A stretch of DNA of 64,000 nucleotides from Chiloscyllium plagiosum (Eukaryota): positions 18,621,159 through 18,685,158 of the forward strand of contig NC_057719.1 of NCBI RefSeq assembly GCF_004010195.1, read 5' to 3'. Shown in pieces: positions 39,490 to 51,169 of this stretch. Within the stretch, counting starts at the first letter, position 1. Each line of letters opens with the position of its first letter. The notes beneath the pieces are model-generated. The model saw only the letters and a list, made by a program, of their open reading frames with translations, ran no database searches and had not been told where the DNA came from. A program made the translations under genes and the position numbers.

Positions 39490-39821
39490 TTTCAGTTATG
39501 TGGAAGGGCAATGGTTTATATTTTCACCTTAGAAACTGACTGTACTAACCAGTTTGGCATCTTCATGGAATAACTTGTTTGCCAATAAATCAATAATTTT
39601 GTACTTATTAAAGATACCTGATGACAGATCTTTATATTTGAAGTCTAATATGGAGAAAGCATACAATTGGCCATATTAAAAACTGCATAAATGATTAAAA
39701 TGAAGTTGTGATATGTGGAAAAACTAAATTAGAGAGACACAGTGCACTGTTCCTCTTTTGGTTTGTAACACTTAAGAACCATTGAGGTACTTTTGAGTGT
39801 GAACAGCAGTATAGCTTACAG

Positions 39822-40034
39822 ACGAAAATAGAGATTGCTGGAAAATCTCAGCAGGTCTGGCAGCATCTGTGGAGAGAAATCAGCGTTAACATTGCAGGTT
39901 GAGAGAGTCATTCGACTCAAAACATTAACTCTGACTTCTCTCTACAGGTGCTGCCAGATCTGTTGAGATTTTCCAGCCATTTCTGTTTTTGTCTTTGATT
40001 CACAGCATCTGCAGTTGGCCTTTTCTTTTTATTT
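39822..40034 (+). mobile_element. PLE-derived fold-back mini-element, family of 46253-50048
   Basis: TSD agtatagcttacag (39808-39821) / agtatcgcttacag (40035-40048); inverted arms centred near 39900; tail ..cagcatctgcag..ttttattt. Confidence 0.85.
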
Positions 40035-40089
40035 AGTATCGCTTACAGGTTCTACAGCAGTGATGTTATAGTCACCATATAATCTGTTT

Positions 40090-40335
40090 TTTGGTGATAA
40101 TTATTGAGGACTGAACATTTTTGCCCTGCTGTTTTTCTCACTGAAATTTTGATATTCACCTGAAAGGGCAGACAGGGACTTGATTTAATATTCCATCCAA
40201 AAGTTGAGATTCAGACTCTGCAATGCTCTCAATATCGCACAGAAATGTCAGAGAGATGGTATTGTCAAATCTCTGGACTTGGACTTGAATGTGAAATTTC
40301 CTAACTCAACTGCTACCCACGAAGTCACAGTAGAC
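40090..40335 (-). mobile_element. Deu-domain SINE, degenerate
   Basis: Minus head gtctactgtgacttcgtgggtagc and body ccctgtctgccctttcaggtgaa. Confidence 0.6.
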
Positions 40336-42189
40336 CTATCTAATAAAGAGGCCAGATACCCTGGTAAAGACATTGCACTGTTCACTCAGATTGAGTACTT
40401 TCCCAAGTACAGTCTGAATGTCTATGCTTTCAAGCCCACAGGACCCCCAAGAAAAATAAATGTTTGACAATCTCAACCCATTTCCTAACAGTCATAAGTT
40501 CACAACACAATGCTAGCCTGAAATTTGGCAAAATTGTCTGCAATTTGGTAATCACACGCTGAGAGGCTGTAAAGAAAGAAAAGGAAGTGACAATATTTCA
40601 TTCGATAAAGTCAGAAATGTTGTCTTGATGCTAAGGTACACTGTCAAAGAGCTGCACGTACAGCACCGATCTATGCCTGGCCAAGCCATCTCTGACCCCA
40701 GGTAGCATGATATAGCCACTGGATACGTGGATCAATATTTCAATGCCGAAGATCTGTCAACTCTTCCACTTGATTAGTACATCCGAAAACCGCACATAAA
40801 ACATTCTGTGGGGATGTAATGTGCCGAGGATGACTCACAAATAAGCATATTTTATGCCTCCAAAGTAATTCTGATAGTTTTAATTACCACAGTCTTTCTT
40901 ACTATTGTTAGAGCACTTATATATTTAAAAAAGAGAATTAAAGAGCGGAGCTGCAGCATTTACGAAGAACCCTGCAATTTGGATAAAACGCTCCTTTCAA
41001 ACGCTGAATTGTGCAGAAGCAGGCATTTAGCTGGTACAAAAAAAAAGGCCAGTTCAGGTAAACACAAAAGCATCCTTTATAATCAAGCGATGTGAAATGC
41101 AAATCGCTACACTTGCGGCTAATGTATCTTTGTAAGTGCACGAAAATAAAAGCTGGCAAGGTTATCACTCACTTCCATGTCAACAGCCCACGTCGACAGG
41201 TAGCGGCAAAATACCACCCAGGAGACTCTATTCATCCCTCACAGCGGGGAGACTGGCTGTAATTACCACTGGCCTACTTATTTTCAAAAAGTCCAATGCC
41301 AGATATTTTTCTTAATAGGTGAAGTCGAAGCTAAAGAACTGTAATTTTAATCAAATTCTTCACAGCTGCATGTCTCTTTCAAGAGAAATTGAGGATTTAA
41401 ATGTATGTTGTTGGGCTCATCGAACGATCACAGCAGGAGGGGGACTGACAGTAATTATCTTACACTTTAAGGTATTCTGCTGCCAAGCTTCTCGGCTTTT
41501 TCTCTTCTGGAGAACAGGACAAGTGCCTTGAGACACAGAGAGACAGAATTTCATCCCAGCTCTCTTTCCCCTTCTGCGAGACCTAAAGTGACTCACCACT
41601 ATAATGTTGCTGCCCATCTCTCCGTGTGTGTCTACGTGTATGTGTGTAAAGCTATGACTGATTGTGGCATAGGATTTCCTGCCAAAATAACAACGGTGCC
41701 TGCCTTTGCTAATGTGTTACATTTTCCAGCAACTTATGAGGAGGAAACAATAACACAAGTTATCAGATGCTAACTTTGTGAAAACAGTCGCTCACCCTCA
41801 ATTTCCTCATAAGTCTCATGATATACTCATTAATTGCCCATATGAAAGTCACTGTGCAAAGTTATAGCTGCTACTTAACAGTGTAAGTATCTTAATGATG
41901 GGATTTATATATGTTTTGGAATGAATTATATATTTCATCGAACTTATAGCACAGGAGCAGGCCATTCATCTCGATGACTCAATTGATGCTTCTGGTCCAT
42001 GTAAACCCTCTCCCACCCTTCACCACTATCAGCAACAACCTTCCATTGCTTTCTCACTTGTGCATTTATCAAGCATGGTCTGAAATGCATCTATGCTACT
42101 GACTTTAATTATTACTTTTATTTGTGATTTCCAAATTCCAGCTTTTCGGGCAAAGTGATTCATCTTGAATATTCCACGGACCGTACAGA

Positions 42190-42540
42190 ATGATGATCCT
42201 CACTTTCAAATCCTTTCATGCCCTCACTCCTCCATGACTCTGTAAACTCCTCCTGCCCTATAAGCTTTGCAAGACATCTGCACTCTTCCAATGCTGGCCT
42301 ATTTCACATTCCCAGTTTTAATTAGTCTATCATTAGGGGCCACAACTTCAATTGCATTGGCCCTTCTCTTTCTATAAACTTCTCTGAATTTCTACCTGTC
42401 TGTCCTCTTTAAAAGGCTCCATATAAACTTTGACCATTTACCCCAACATCACCTTATGTGGCTCAGTTCAATTTTTGCTTGATGATCACTCCTGTGAAGT
42501 GCTTTGAGATGTTTTATTATGTTAAAGGTGCTATATTGAG
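42190..42540 (+). mobile_element. L2 LINE 3' end
   Basis: ctctgtaaactcctcctgccctataa...cactcctgtgaagtgctttgagatgttttattatgttaaaggtgctatat; related piece at ~44500-44790. Confidence 0.65.
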
Positions 42541-42554
42541 ACCATTGGCTGTGT

Positions 42555-42878
42555 TTTGTAATTCATTTGCAAGATGCAGGCAGCACTGCTAAGCCCTAAT
42601 TGACCTGAGTGCAGTTAAGAGTCAACTAAAATGCTGTGTAGGTTAGATCAGCAGACTTTCTTCCCTAAGGGGTATTGTGAACAACAGGGTTTTAATAAAA
42701 ATTGACAATGTTTTACATGGTCATTACTAAGATGGCTTATTCATTCCAGACTTTGTTTTTATTGAGTTCATATTTCGCCATCTGTCATGGTGGGAATCAA
42801 ACCCATGTCACCAGAACATTAACCTGGGGTTCTGGATTACTAACTCCGTGACATTACCACAACACTACCATCTCCCCA
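42555..42878 (-). mobile_element. tRNA-SINE with LINE family-B tail
   Basis: Colinear with 11672-12016. Confidence 0.7.
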
Positions 42879-43839
42879 CTGTCAGGTTCTTTTTGCAAAA
42901 GGAGAAGCATTTTTTTCTGACAACAACCCTATCAAATACATTCAAAAATGGGGGAAAAAAAACCTTTATTGGATGGTGAGGGAGAAAATGTCTCTTATAG
43001 GGGTATGTGCAGGATGCTTCACTGTTACAAACTACAGATGGGACTGTTGCATGATGGCGTGACACAGAACTAACTGCTAATTGGAAATAAGAGTGGTGTT
43101 GACGTTGGATCTGAATCTGCCTTTACCCAATCAATTTAGTGCATATAAATGATGCAAATTATTAGCATGACAATACATCGATTGTTGCCGAGCTGATAGA
43201 GAATAAGCAAGTTCTTAATGCAGATATAGAACACACACATCATTCACAGCAACAAAGATTATCAAAGTGTATTGCAAGGATGCCCACTTGCTTACTTCAT
43301 TCCCAGTCTCATATTTTAATGTATTAATTTTACCCCCTTCATCATTCCCTTTACACTTCGTCATCAAGACAGAAATCTCTGTAATGACTTCCAATAACAC
43401 TCTCTTAAATGCTGCCAACAGAATTTTCAAAAACATTTATTTTTTAAAAATAAAAGTTGTTAAAACTAGCTCCATCTAACGCACGGTAAAGGGATATTAC
43501 TTGTTTGTTTTTTTGGAATTTTCTGAGTTGAAACTTGTAAACTGCTATATTTAAACTGACTTATTGGAAGAGGCAATTGTTTGGTGGGAAGGGAACAGTA
43601 AATTAACGCAGCAGGAGATAAGTAAGTATATCAGAATCTTTATAACAGTGACTACACTTCACAATGTACTGCATTGACTGCAAAATGCTTCAAGACATGC
43701 TGAGGTCATGAAAGGTGCTATATGAATGTAAGTTCTTTATTTTGTCCTTTGTAATGAAGTGATAAACCATCCAATTTAATATAGTTCTATGCAATCCTGC
43801 TCAGGTTAGTGTTTTAAGCTACATCAAAGCCATTGTCAG

Positions 43840-44325
43840 GGGAGTTACCTCCAGTGTCACAGCTAAAATTTATCCCTCACATAAATACGCTGAAAATAGA
43901 TTATCTGGTCATTATCACATTGCTATACGTGGAAGCTTGGCTTTATTTATTATTCCTTCATGAAATGTGTGCTTTGCTGGCGGGGCCAGAATTTATTGCC
44001 CATCCCTGGTTGACCTTTAGAAAGTGGTAGTGAACTGCCTTCTTGAATTGCTGAAGTCTATTTTATATAGGTAAATCCACAATGTCGTTAGAGAAGGAGT
44101 TCCAGCATTTTGACCCTGTGACACGAAGGAAAGGCGATATATTCCCAAGTCAGGATGGTGTGTGGTCTGGAGAGAAACTTGCAGGTGGTGGTGCTCCCTG
44201 AGAGTGTAAATCAGCAGCTACGTTTCCTGCAGTGATCAAACTTCAGAAATGCTTCATTCAACGTGAAGTGTTCTTTCATATTCTGCATTCAAAAAGTGCC
44301 ACATAAATGCGTAGTTTCTTTTTGT
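43840..44325 (+). mobile_element. Deu-domain SINE interrupted by a minus-strand LINE-B 3' end (~43945-44200)
   Basis: agattatctggtcattatcacattgct..gtggaagcttg, then the LINE-B tail in reverse, then gtgtaaatcagcagctacgtttcct...ataaatgc. Confidence 0.6.
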
Positions 44326-45394
44326 TTATTAGGAAAATGTCAATTTTGTCACATAACTGAATTCAGCAGTGTTTGTGTTTGGGACAATGTCAGTCCAATG
44401 AATTCCATGTCTTGTCTCTCTTCAAATTGCAAGAATTAGGTATAGCTGGAACTATTGATAACTTAGTAGAAATAGACTATGTTAAAGTGCTCATTTTTAT
44501 GTTCTGATCCCTCCGTGACTCTGCTTTTCATGTCTCTGTAACCTCCTCTAACCCTACAATCCTCTGAAAGATGCTGGTTAGCCTTTTACAATTTCCCACA
44601 CCCTTCCTCTCATCATTGACCTCATCCATTCAGGTACTAACCTCTGGAATTCCCTTCCCAAACCATTTTTGTCCTTCCTTTCCTCTCTGCTTTCCAAACT
44701 TTAAACCTACATCTTTGACCAAATGTTTACTCCCCTGTTCTAATAACTCATTTTCAAGCTCAGCGTAAACTTTACTGTCTGTTATGGGGACTGAAATTCA
44801 ATATTTGCACAGAGATGATATCTCTTTACATATCTATATAGGGACCCCCACTCGTGCCCAACTAACGTGCGCTGACAGCAAAGATGTAAAAAGACGCACT
44901 GACACTGCAGCAGAAGCAGAGCAAAGACTCATCCAGTGAGCAAACCAAAATGTTTGTACAGTTACAGTGCCAGTATATAGCACCAAAGATGGGGGACACT
45001 AAAAACCGGTGTTGAGAGAAGACTCAAAAAGCATTTGGAATGAGCTGTCGGTGTAAAATCCTTTTGGTGTCATGAGAAGAGATAGAATCTGGAATGGAAG
45101 GGAACTGCAAGATCTTAGATAGCAGGAATAATTCCAAAGTGGAGCTTGTCATACCTTGCAGCACTCAGCTGAATGCTGATTGTTAGCTGACAAATATTCG
45201 ATTAGGATAAAAGAAAAAAGAACAGGAAACGTGGAAATTCAAACTAAAGACTGGAAATGCACGGCAGGTCGGCCAGGGAAAGGGAAATGGATATTTCCTG
45301 CAAGTCTTTTCAATCAGAACCAAATATCCTATCTACGTGGTCGATTTTATGGTACTCAACCTGAGAAAATGTTACAAAGGCATTGGCTGCAGTT

Positions 45395-45600
45395 ATCCAG
45401 GGTGACAACTGTAAGCTGGATGTGAAGCAATGACAGCTGAAAGCAAAAGAAAGGCTTTGCATGTACACTGCACCTTATCATGTCTCTTCAATGAATTACT
45501 TTGAAATGCAGTCGCTGCTGCTTTGTATGCAAGCAGAGCAGTCTTATTGTGTTCGGCAAAGATCCCACAATCAGGAGTCAGATGAAGGAGCATCAAATCT
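45395..45600 (-). mobile_element. Deu-domain SINE / L2-type tail fragment
   Basis: tactttgaaatgcagtcgctg..tgt..gcagagcagtc..gcaaagatcccacaa is the reverse of the Deu core. Confidence 0.5.
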
Positions 45601-45769
45601 GTTTCTGTTGCTTTCGATTCAGAAATGCAACTTAGCCAGGGTGAACAAATTGAACTTTCTGCATTTCTTCAAATATTTAACCTCACCTTAAAACACTGGC
45701 TTTGTTTAACATCTAATCAGAATGACAGAACTTCAAATCATACAACTATAACGTCCTCAATTATTCGCA

Positions 45770-46075
45770 GAGCTGGAGGCACGAACGTTGCTGGCAACCG
45801 ATGAACTGCATCTACTCCATGTAGGCAGCTGTGCCCAAAATGTGAAAACGTGGAGCCGTTATAGTCGAGCGTGGAAGGAATCATTTCTCCATTCGATTAG
45901 CACCACCAGCACTTTCCTGTGATCCTCCTTTTATTTCTTTATTTTCTAATTATTTTTTTCCTGAGAGCTTGTACTGAAGAATCCTAGGTACCAAAAATGG
46001 TGCCATAGTAGTAACTTGCAAACGTTTCACTGTACTCATCTGAGTACATGTGACAAGCTAATTCATTTCAATTCC
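45770..46075 (+). mobile_element. Non-autonomous element with Rex1-like tail
   Basis: aaaatggtgccat...tttcactgtactcatctgagtacatgtgacaagctaattc. Confidence 0.5.
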
Positions 46076-48090
46076 TTTTTGGGAGTAGAAATGGGGCTCA
46101 GTATTGCCTGCACTCTGGGTACTTCTGGCATTCCAAAATGACACTTCTGAAGTGATGCTATTACCAGACGCCATTTAATAAGAGGCTAGCATGCCCACAC
46201 TTACCATCAGTGGCAATGCATAGTTTGCGAAATCAGTCAACACAGAATTATGAAATAAATACGAAATTCCTGGCAAACCTCAGCAGGTCCGGCAGCATCT
46301 ATGGAGAGAAAGCTGAGTGAGCATTTCGATTCTGGTGACTCTTCATCACAACTGATAGCAAAGGTGGCATTTATGCTGAAGGTGAGGTGAAGGGGGGTGA
46401 GTATGGGCGGGGGGGAAAGAGGCGAGTGGATAGTTAGAGATGGAGCCCAGAGACAGAGAGAGAGATATCAAGAGGGTAGTCAGATGAGAGAATTATTGGT
46501 AGTAGGCCAGCAGAGAAGAGAAGCTGAATTAGTGATAATGACAACTGAGAGTAGGAGAGAATGGGAAGGCTATGCTGAAAGCAGTCATGTCATAACTGGA
46601 CGGGGTGTGGAGTGGGTAAAAAGCATGGAAGGATGGAATCAGGCTCTAAAGTTACTGAGATCAATGTTGAGTTCCAAGGGCTGCAGGGAACCCAGGCAAA
46701 AAATGAGAAGGCATTCTTCAAGCTTGCACTGAGGGTCACTAGAACAGAAATGTGGATGTGGGAACATGCTGGTGTTTTGAACCAGCAGGCAATTGGAAGT
46801 TTGGGGTCATTTTTATAGATAGAATTATAGGTGTTCTGTAAAGTGGTCACCCAGTCTGCATTTTGTCCCTCCAATGTAGAGGGGACCACACTGTGAACAG
46901 TGAATGCAGTCAACTAGATTGAATGAAGTACAGGTAAATCGCTGCTTCACCTGGAAGATATGTCTGGGGCATTGGACGGGGAGAAGGGAGAAAGTAAACA
47001 GGCAGAGTTACATCTTCTAGGGTTGCAGGGGAAGGTACCATGGGGTTATGGAGAGGTGTTCAGAATGGAGGTGGAGTGGATTAGGGTGTCTCAGAGGGAA
47101 TGGTTCCTGCAGAATGCCAACAAGGGACAGGAGGGGTATATGTGTTTGGTCATGGCATTCCTCTGGAAGTGACAAAAATGGAGGCTTACAGTCTTTTGGA
47201 TGTGGAGGCTGGTGTGCTGGTAAATGAGGATAGGGAGGATCCTATTATTATTGTGGGTGTGATGAGAAGGGGTGAGGGCAGAAGTGCGGGAGATGGGTCA
47301 GACGCGGCTAAGAGCCATGTCAAATATGATAGCGTGGAATCCTTCATTGAGGAAAATATGTGGACATTTCTGAGGCCTCTCTTTGGAAGTTGGCATCATC
47401 AGAACAGATATGATGGAGATGGAGTAACTAGGAGAATGGGATGAAGGAAGCACGGTGTGAGGAAGTATAGTCCAGGTAACTGTGGAATCGATTGGTTTGT
47501 AATGGATATTGGTGGTCAGCCTATCCCAAGAAATGGAAACAGAAATGTTGAGGAAGAGAAGGGAGGATTCAGAAATGGACCAAGTGGAGGTGAGAGCAGG
47601 GTGGAAATTGATAAACATTTCCAATTCTGGATGAGAGAAAGAAGCACTGATATTTCATTGATATACCAGTGAAAGAGTTGTGGGTAGGAGCCAGGGAATG
47701 TTCAACATATCCCACAATGACTGGGATCATAACTGGGGCCCATGTGGGTACCCATGGCCATTACTTTCACCTGTAAAAAGTGAGAGGAGTTAAAGGAGAT
47801 GTTATTCAGATGTTGAGCTCAGCCAGGTGGAGGAAGGCAGTGTTGGAAGAGGATAGTTCAGGAAGAAGCAGAGAGCCGAGACCATCCTGATGGGAAAAGG
47901 ACGTGTAAAGAGGCAGTGACTGGAACCCGAAAACTGAAAATTCTGAAACTGATGTAAAACCTCAGAGGAATAATGGATGTAATAATGGGAAGGGACTGGA
48001 CAAGGAGCAAAAAAGATAAAATGGATGTTGGAAGAAATAGTTTCCATGGAGCAGGAACAAGTAATAATAATGGTTCTGTCCAGGCAGTCA

Positions 48091-48385
48091 AATCATAGAA
48101 TCCCTACAGTGTGGAAACAGGCTCTTTGGCCCAACACCGACCCTCCAAAGAGTAATCCACCCAGACCCATTCCCCTACCCTATATTTACCCCCGATTAAT
48201 GCATCTATCCTACACCTCCCTGAACACTATGGGCAATTTAGCATGGTCAATTCACCACACCTGCACATATTTGAACTGTGGGTGGAAACCAGAGCACCCA
48301 GATGAAACCCATGCAGAGACAGGAACAATGTGCAAACTCCACACAGACAGTCACCTGGGGCTGGGATTGAACCCAGGTCCCTGCC
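48091..48385 (-). mobile_element. HE1-type SINE nested in PLE
   Basis: Minus strand gggttcaatcccagcc..gactgtctgtgtggagtttgcaca; CR1-like tail at 48091. Confidence 0.9.
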
Positions 48386-48828
48386 CTAAAGTTCTGCTTG
48401 TGAATTTTTGGGGAGAAGGTAAAAGCAGGTGACACGATGTTGGGGGACTAGGAGATTGTCGAGAGGAGATCTCTAGGTTTAAGCTTGATGATGGGGTCAT
48501 GGTCCAGGGGAGCTGGGGGAAATGTCTGAGACTGGGCACTCAGCCTCTGCAATGTAATGGCCATTCAGCCAGACAATGATAGCATACCCTTGTTGGCTTG
48601 ATGAGGAAGTCAGGGTTACATCTGAAAGCACAGAGTGCAGTCAGTTCTGAGGGAGATAGGTTTAAATGGTTTTGGGAGGGGTGGGGCAGAGAAATTAAAG
48701 TTACCAACGTCATGTCAACAAGTTCTCAAAGAAGGGGTCAAAACTTTGTCAAGCATGAGGAAAGAAAAAGAAAGTAATGGAGTAAACAAGAAGAAAGGTT
48801 AAAATGGAAATCCCGTTGGAGAGAGGAG

Positions 48829-49855
48829 CAGATGCTGAAATCCAAAGTAGACAGGCAAGAGGCTGGAAGGACACAGCAAGCGAGGAAGCATCTGGAGGTG
48901 GAGAAGTCAAATTTTTGGGTGTAACCCCTCTTCAGGACTGGGGTGGGGGTGTGGGGGGAGTTGCAGATAAAGGGGGTGGCGGGGCAGTGTGGTGAAGTGG
49001 GGCCACATGAAGACAGGCAGAGGGTACGACCTGGTTGGTCAATGGGAGGAATGAAACCGGTTGGTGGCAGGGAACAGTTGAAGGGAGGGCGAGGGGCTGG
49101 GAAGGGAAGTTATTTGAAATTGGAGAACTCCATATTGAGTCCTCCCGGCTGTAGGCTGCCGAGGCAGACGATGAGGTATTATTCCTCCAGTTTGTGGTTT
49201 GGTTCATTGTGGCAATGGAGGAGGCCAAGGATGGTCATGTCAGAAAGGGAGTAGATCGGGGGAATTGAAATGGGCAGTGACTGGGAGGTGCGGTTGGCCC
49301 GTGCATGCCTGGCTGTGATGTTCAGTGAACCATTTCCTAAGTTTATGTTCGGTCTTCCTGATGGAGATAAGACCACATCGAGAGCACCTGATGCAGTCAA
49401 CTCCATTGGAAGAGAGGCAGAATCGAGAATGTGGTGCTGGAAAAGCACAGCAGGTCAGGCAGCCTCCAAGGAGCAGGAGAATCGACATTTCAGGCAAGAC
49501 TCCTTCATCATTCCTGATGAAGGGCTCTTGCCCAACACATGGATTCTCCTGCTCCTCGGATGCTGCCTGACCTGCTGTGCTTTTCCAGCACCACACTCTC
49601 GACTCTGATCTCCAGCATCTGCAGTCCCTCTTTCTCCAGGAAGAGAGGTGGGTGAACCTTTGTTTCACCTGGAAGGACTGTTTGGGGTTCTGGATGGAGG
49701 TGAGGGGGGTGGTGTACTGGCAGATGCGTTGGATGCGGAGACTGGTGAGGTGATAGGTGAGGACAAAGGGGGACTCTGTGTTTATTATATTGGGGATGGT
49801 TTAGAGCAGTGGAATGGGAAAAGGAGATGGTGCGGCAGAGGTCTATCTGGATGAC
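48829..49855 (-). mobile_element. Second PLE (5'-truncated: GIY-YIG endonuclease + pLTR) nested in the first
   Basis: Peptides VDCIRCSRCGLISIRKTEHKLRKWFTEH..LPVTAHFNSP and HKLEE..LGSLQPGGLNMEFSNF; pLTR with gtc-ctgaaga core near 48935. Confidence 0.85.
49418..49638 (+). mobile_element. PLE-derived fold-back mini-element nested in the GIY-YIG region
   Basis: TSD ggaagagagg at 49408-49417 and 49639-49648; arms centred on cttcatca-ttcc-tgatgaag; ~31-nt tail. Confidence 0.9.
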
Positions 49856-50305
49856 AGAGGGAGGAAGAGTAAAGCTTCTTCAAGGTGGGCATACCTAGAA
49901 AGAGATGTGGTAGTGAATTAAAAACGCAATTAAATCAAAGAACAGCAGATGCTGGGAATCTGTAACAAATCCGAAACAGAAATTGCTAGCAAATATCAGC
50001 AAATCTGGCAGAGTTAACATTTTGAGTCCAGTGACTTTTCATCAGAATAGTCAATGATATCTTGATACTAGTGCTGTTAGTTTTGGTGCTTTACGCTTAT
50101 AGTCAAAGCTGCCTCTTAACTTTGTGCAGCAGATCATGCACTAAGGAGGGTGAGGATTTCACAATTTAAAGGGGTCATTAACTACCCACTAATGAGTTGG
50201 TGATTGATTTTGTCTGGCTATTAAACCAATTCTGCACAATCTTGCTGCTTTCTACAGCTGTATAAAAATTGCTGCAATTGTCATGCTTATGCACTTTTTT
50301 CATTG

Positions 50306-50645
50306 GATCCCTACAGTGTCGAAGCAGGCCATTTGGCCCATTGAGTCACACTGACCCTTTGAAGAGCATCCCACCCAGACCCAGACCCCCTCCTTGTAAC
50401 CCTGCATTTCCCAAGGTGAATCCTAACCTGTAAATCCCTGGACAGTATGGGCAATTTAGCATGGTCAATCCACCTATCCTGCACATCTTTGGACTGATGG
50501 GGGAAGCCAGAGTGTCCAGAGAAAACCCATATAGATATGGGCAGAATGTGCAAACTCCACACAGATAGGCACCTGAGGGTGGAATGAAACCCAGGTCCTG
50601 AGTGCTGTGAGGCATCAGTGCTAGCCACTGAGCCATTGTTCCACC
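50306..50645 (-). mobile_element. HE1-type SINE, full length
   Basis: Minus head gggtggaacaatggctcagtggctagcactg, HE1 core, CR1-like tail. Confidence 0.9.
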
Positions 50646-50735
50646 CTAACTTCTTTATTTTTTAACCTTTTAACTGATTTAAAGGCTGGTGATGCACAGA
50701 ATGGTTCCTCCTAGACATGGATAGGCTAATACAGG

Positions 50736-51169
50736 TTCTGGATCAGTGGTGCTGGAAGAGCACAGCAATTCAGGCAGCATCCGACGAGCAGCAAAATCGA
50801 TGTTTCGGGCAAAAGCCCTTCATCAGGAATAAAGGCAGAGAGCCTGAAGCGTGGAGAGATAAGCTAGAGGAGGGTGGGGGTGGGGAGAAAGTAGCGTAGA
50901 GTACAATAGGTGAGTGGGGAGGAGATGAAGGTGATAGGTAGCTTCAGGGCAGAGGAAATGACCTGGGAGTTGCAGTGGGAGAGGGACTCCCTGAGATTCT
51001 TGTAGAGAGAGGAGGAAAACTTCTTCAAGGCAGGCATCCTCGCAAGAGGATTCACAGTAGGGTTAAAATCAACGAGGTAAAAACAATGACTGCAGATGCT
51101 GGAAACCAGATTCTGGATCAGTGGTGCTGGAAGAGCACAGCAATTCAGGCAGCATCTGACGAGCAGCAA
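50736..51169 (-). mobile_element. Internally deleted mini-PLE with 59-bp direct terminal repeats and hammerhead (retrozyme-like)
   Basis: Direct repeat 50736-50794 / 51111-51169 (1 mismatch, period 375); ORF start MPALKKFSSSLYKNLRESLSHCNSQVISSALKL from 51037, fused at ~50940 to a 3'-UTR-like tract. Confidence 0.88.
50797..50829 (-). ncRNA. Minimal hammerhead ribozyme, near intact (CGUC changed to CAUC)
   Basis: Minus strand uuc-CUGAUGA-A-GGGC-uuuu-GCCC-GAAA-CAUC-ga. Confidence 0.65.

Larger units (their letters stand above)
46253..50048 (-). mobile_element. Near full-length degenerate Penelope-like element (RT + GIY-YIG) with pLTRs at both ends
   Basis: ORF start MPTLKKL at 49892; RT motifs AMGTHMGPSY (~47760-47730) and WYINE (decayed YIDD, ~47670); GIY-YIG remnants ~46920-46640; pLTRs with decayed hammerheads at ~46255-46352 and ~49950-50047. 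Confidence 0.85.

Noticed and set aside
39302..39573. Thr/His-rich and Cys/Val-rich ORFs
   Set aside because: Translations of the (TG)n microsatellite.
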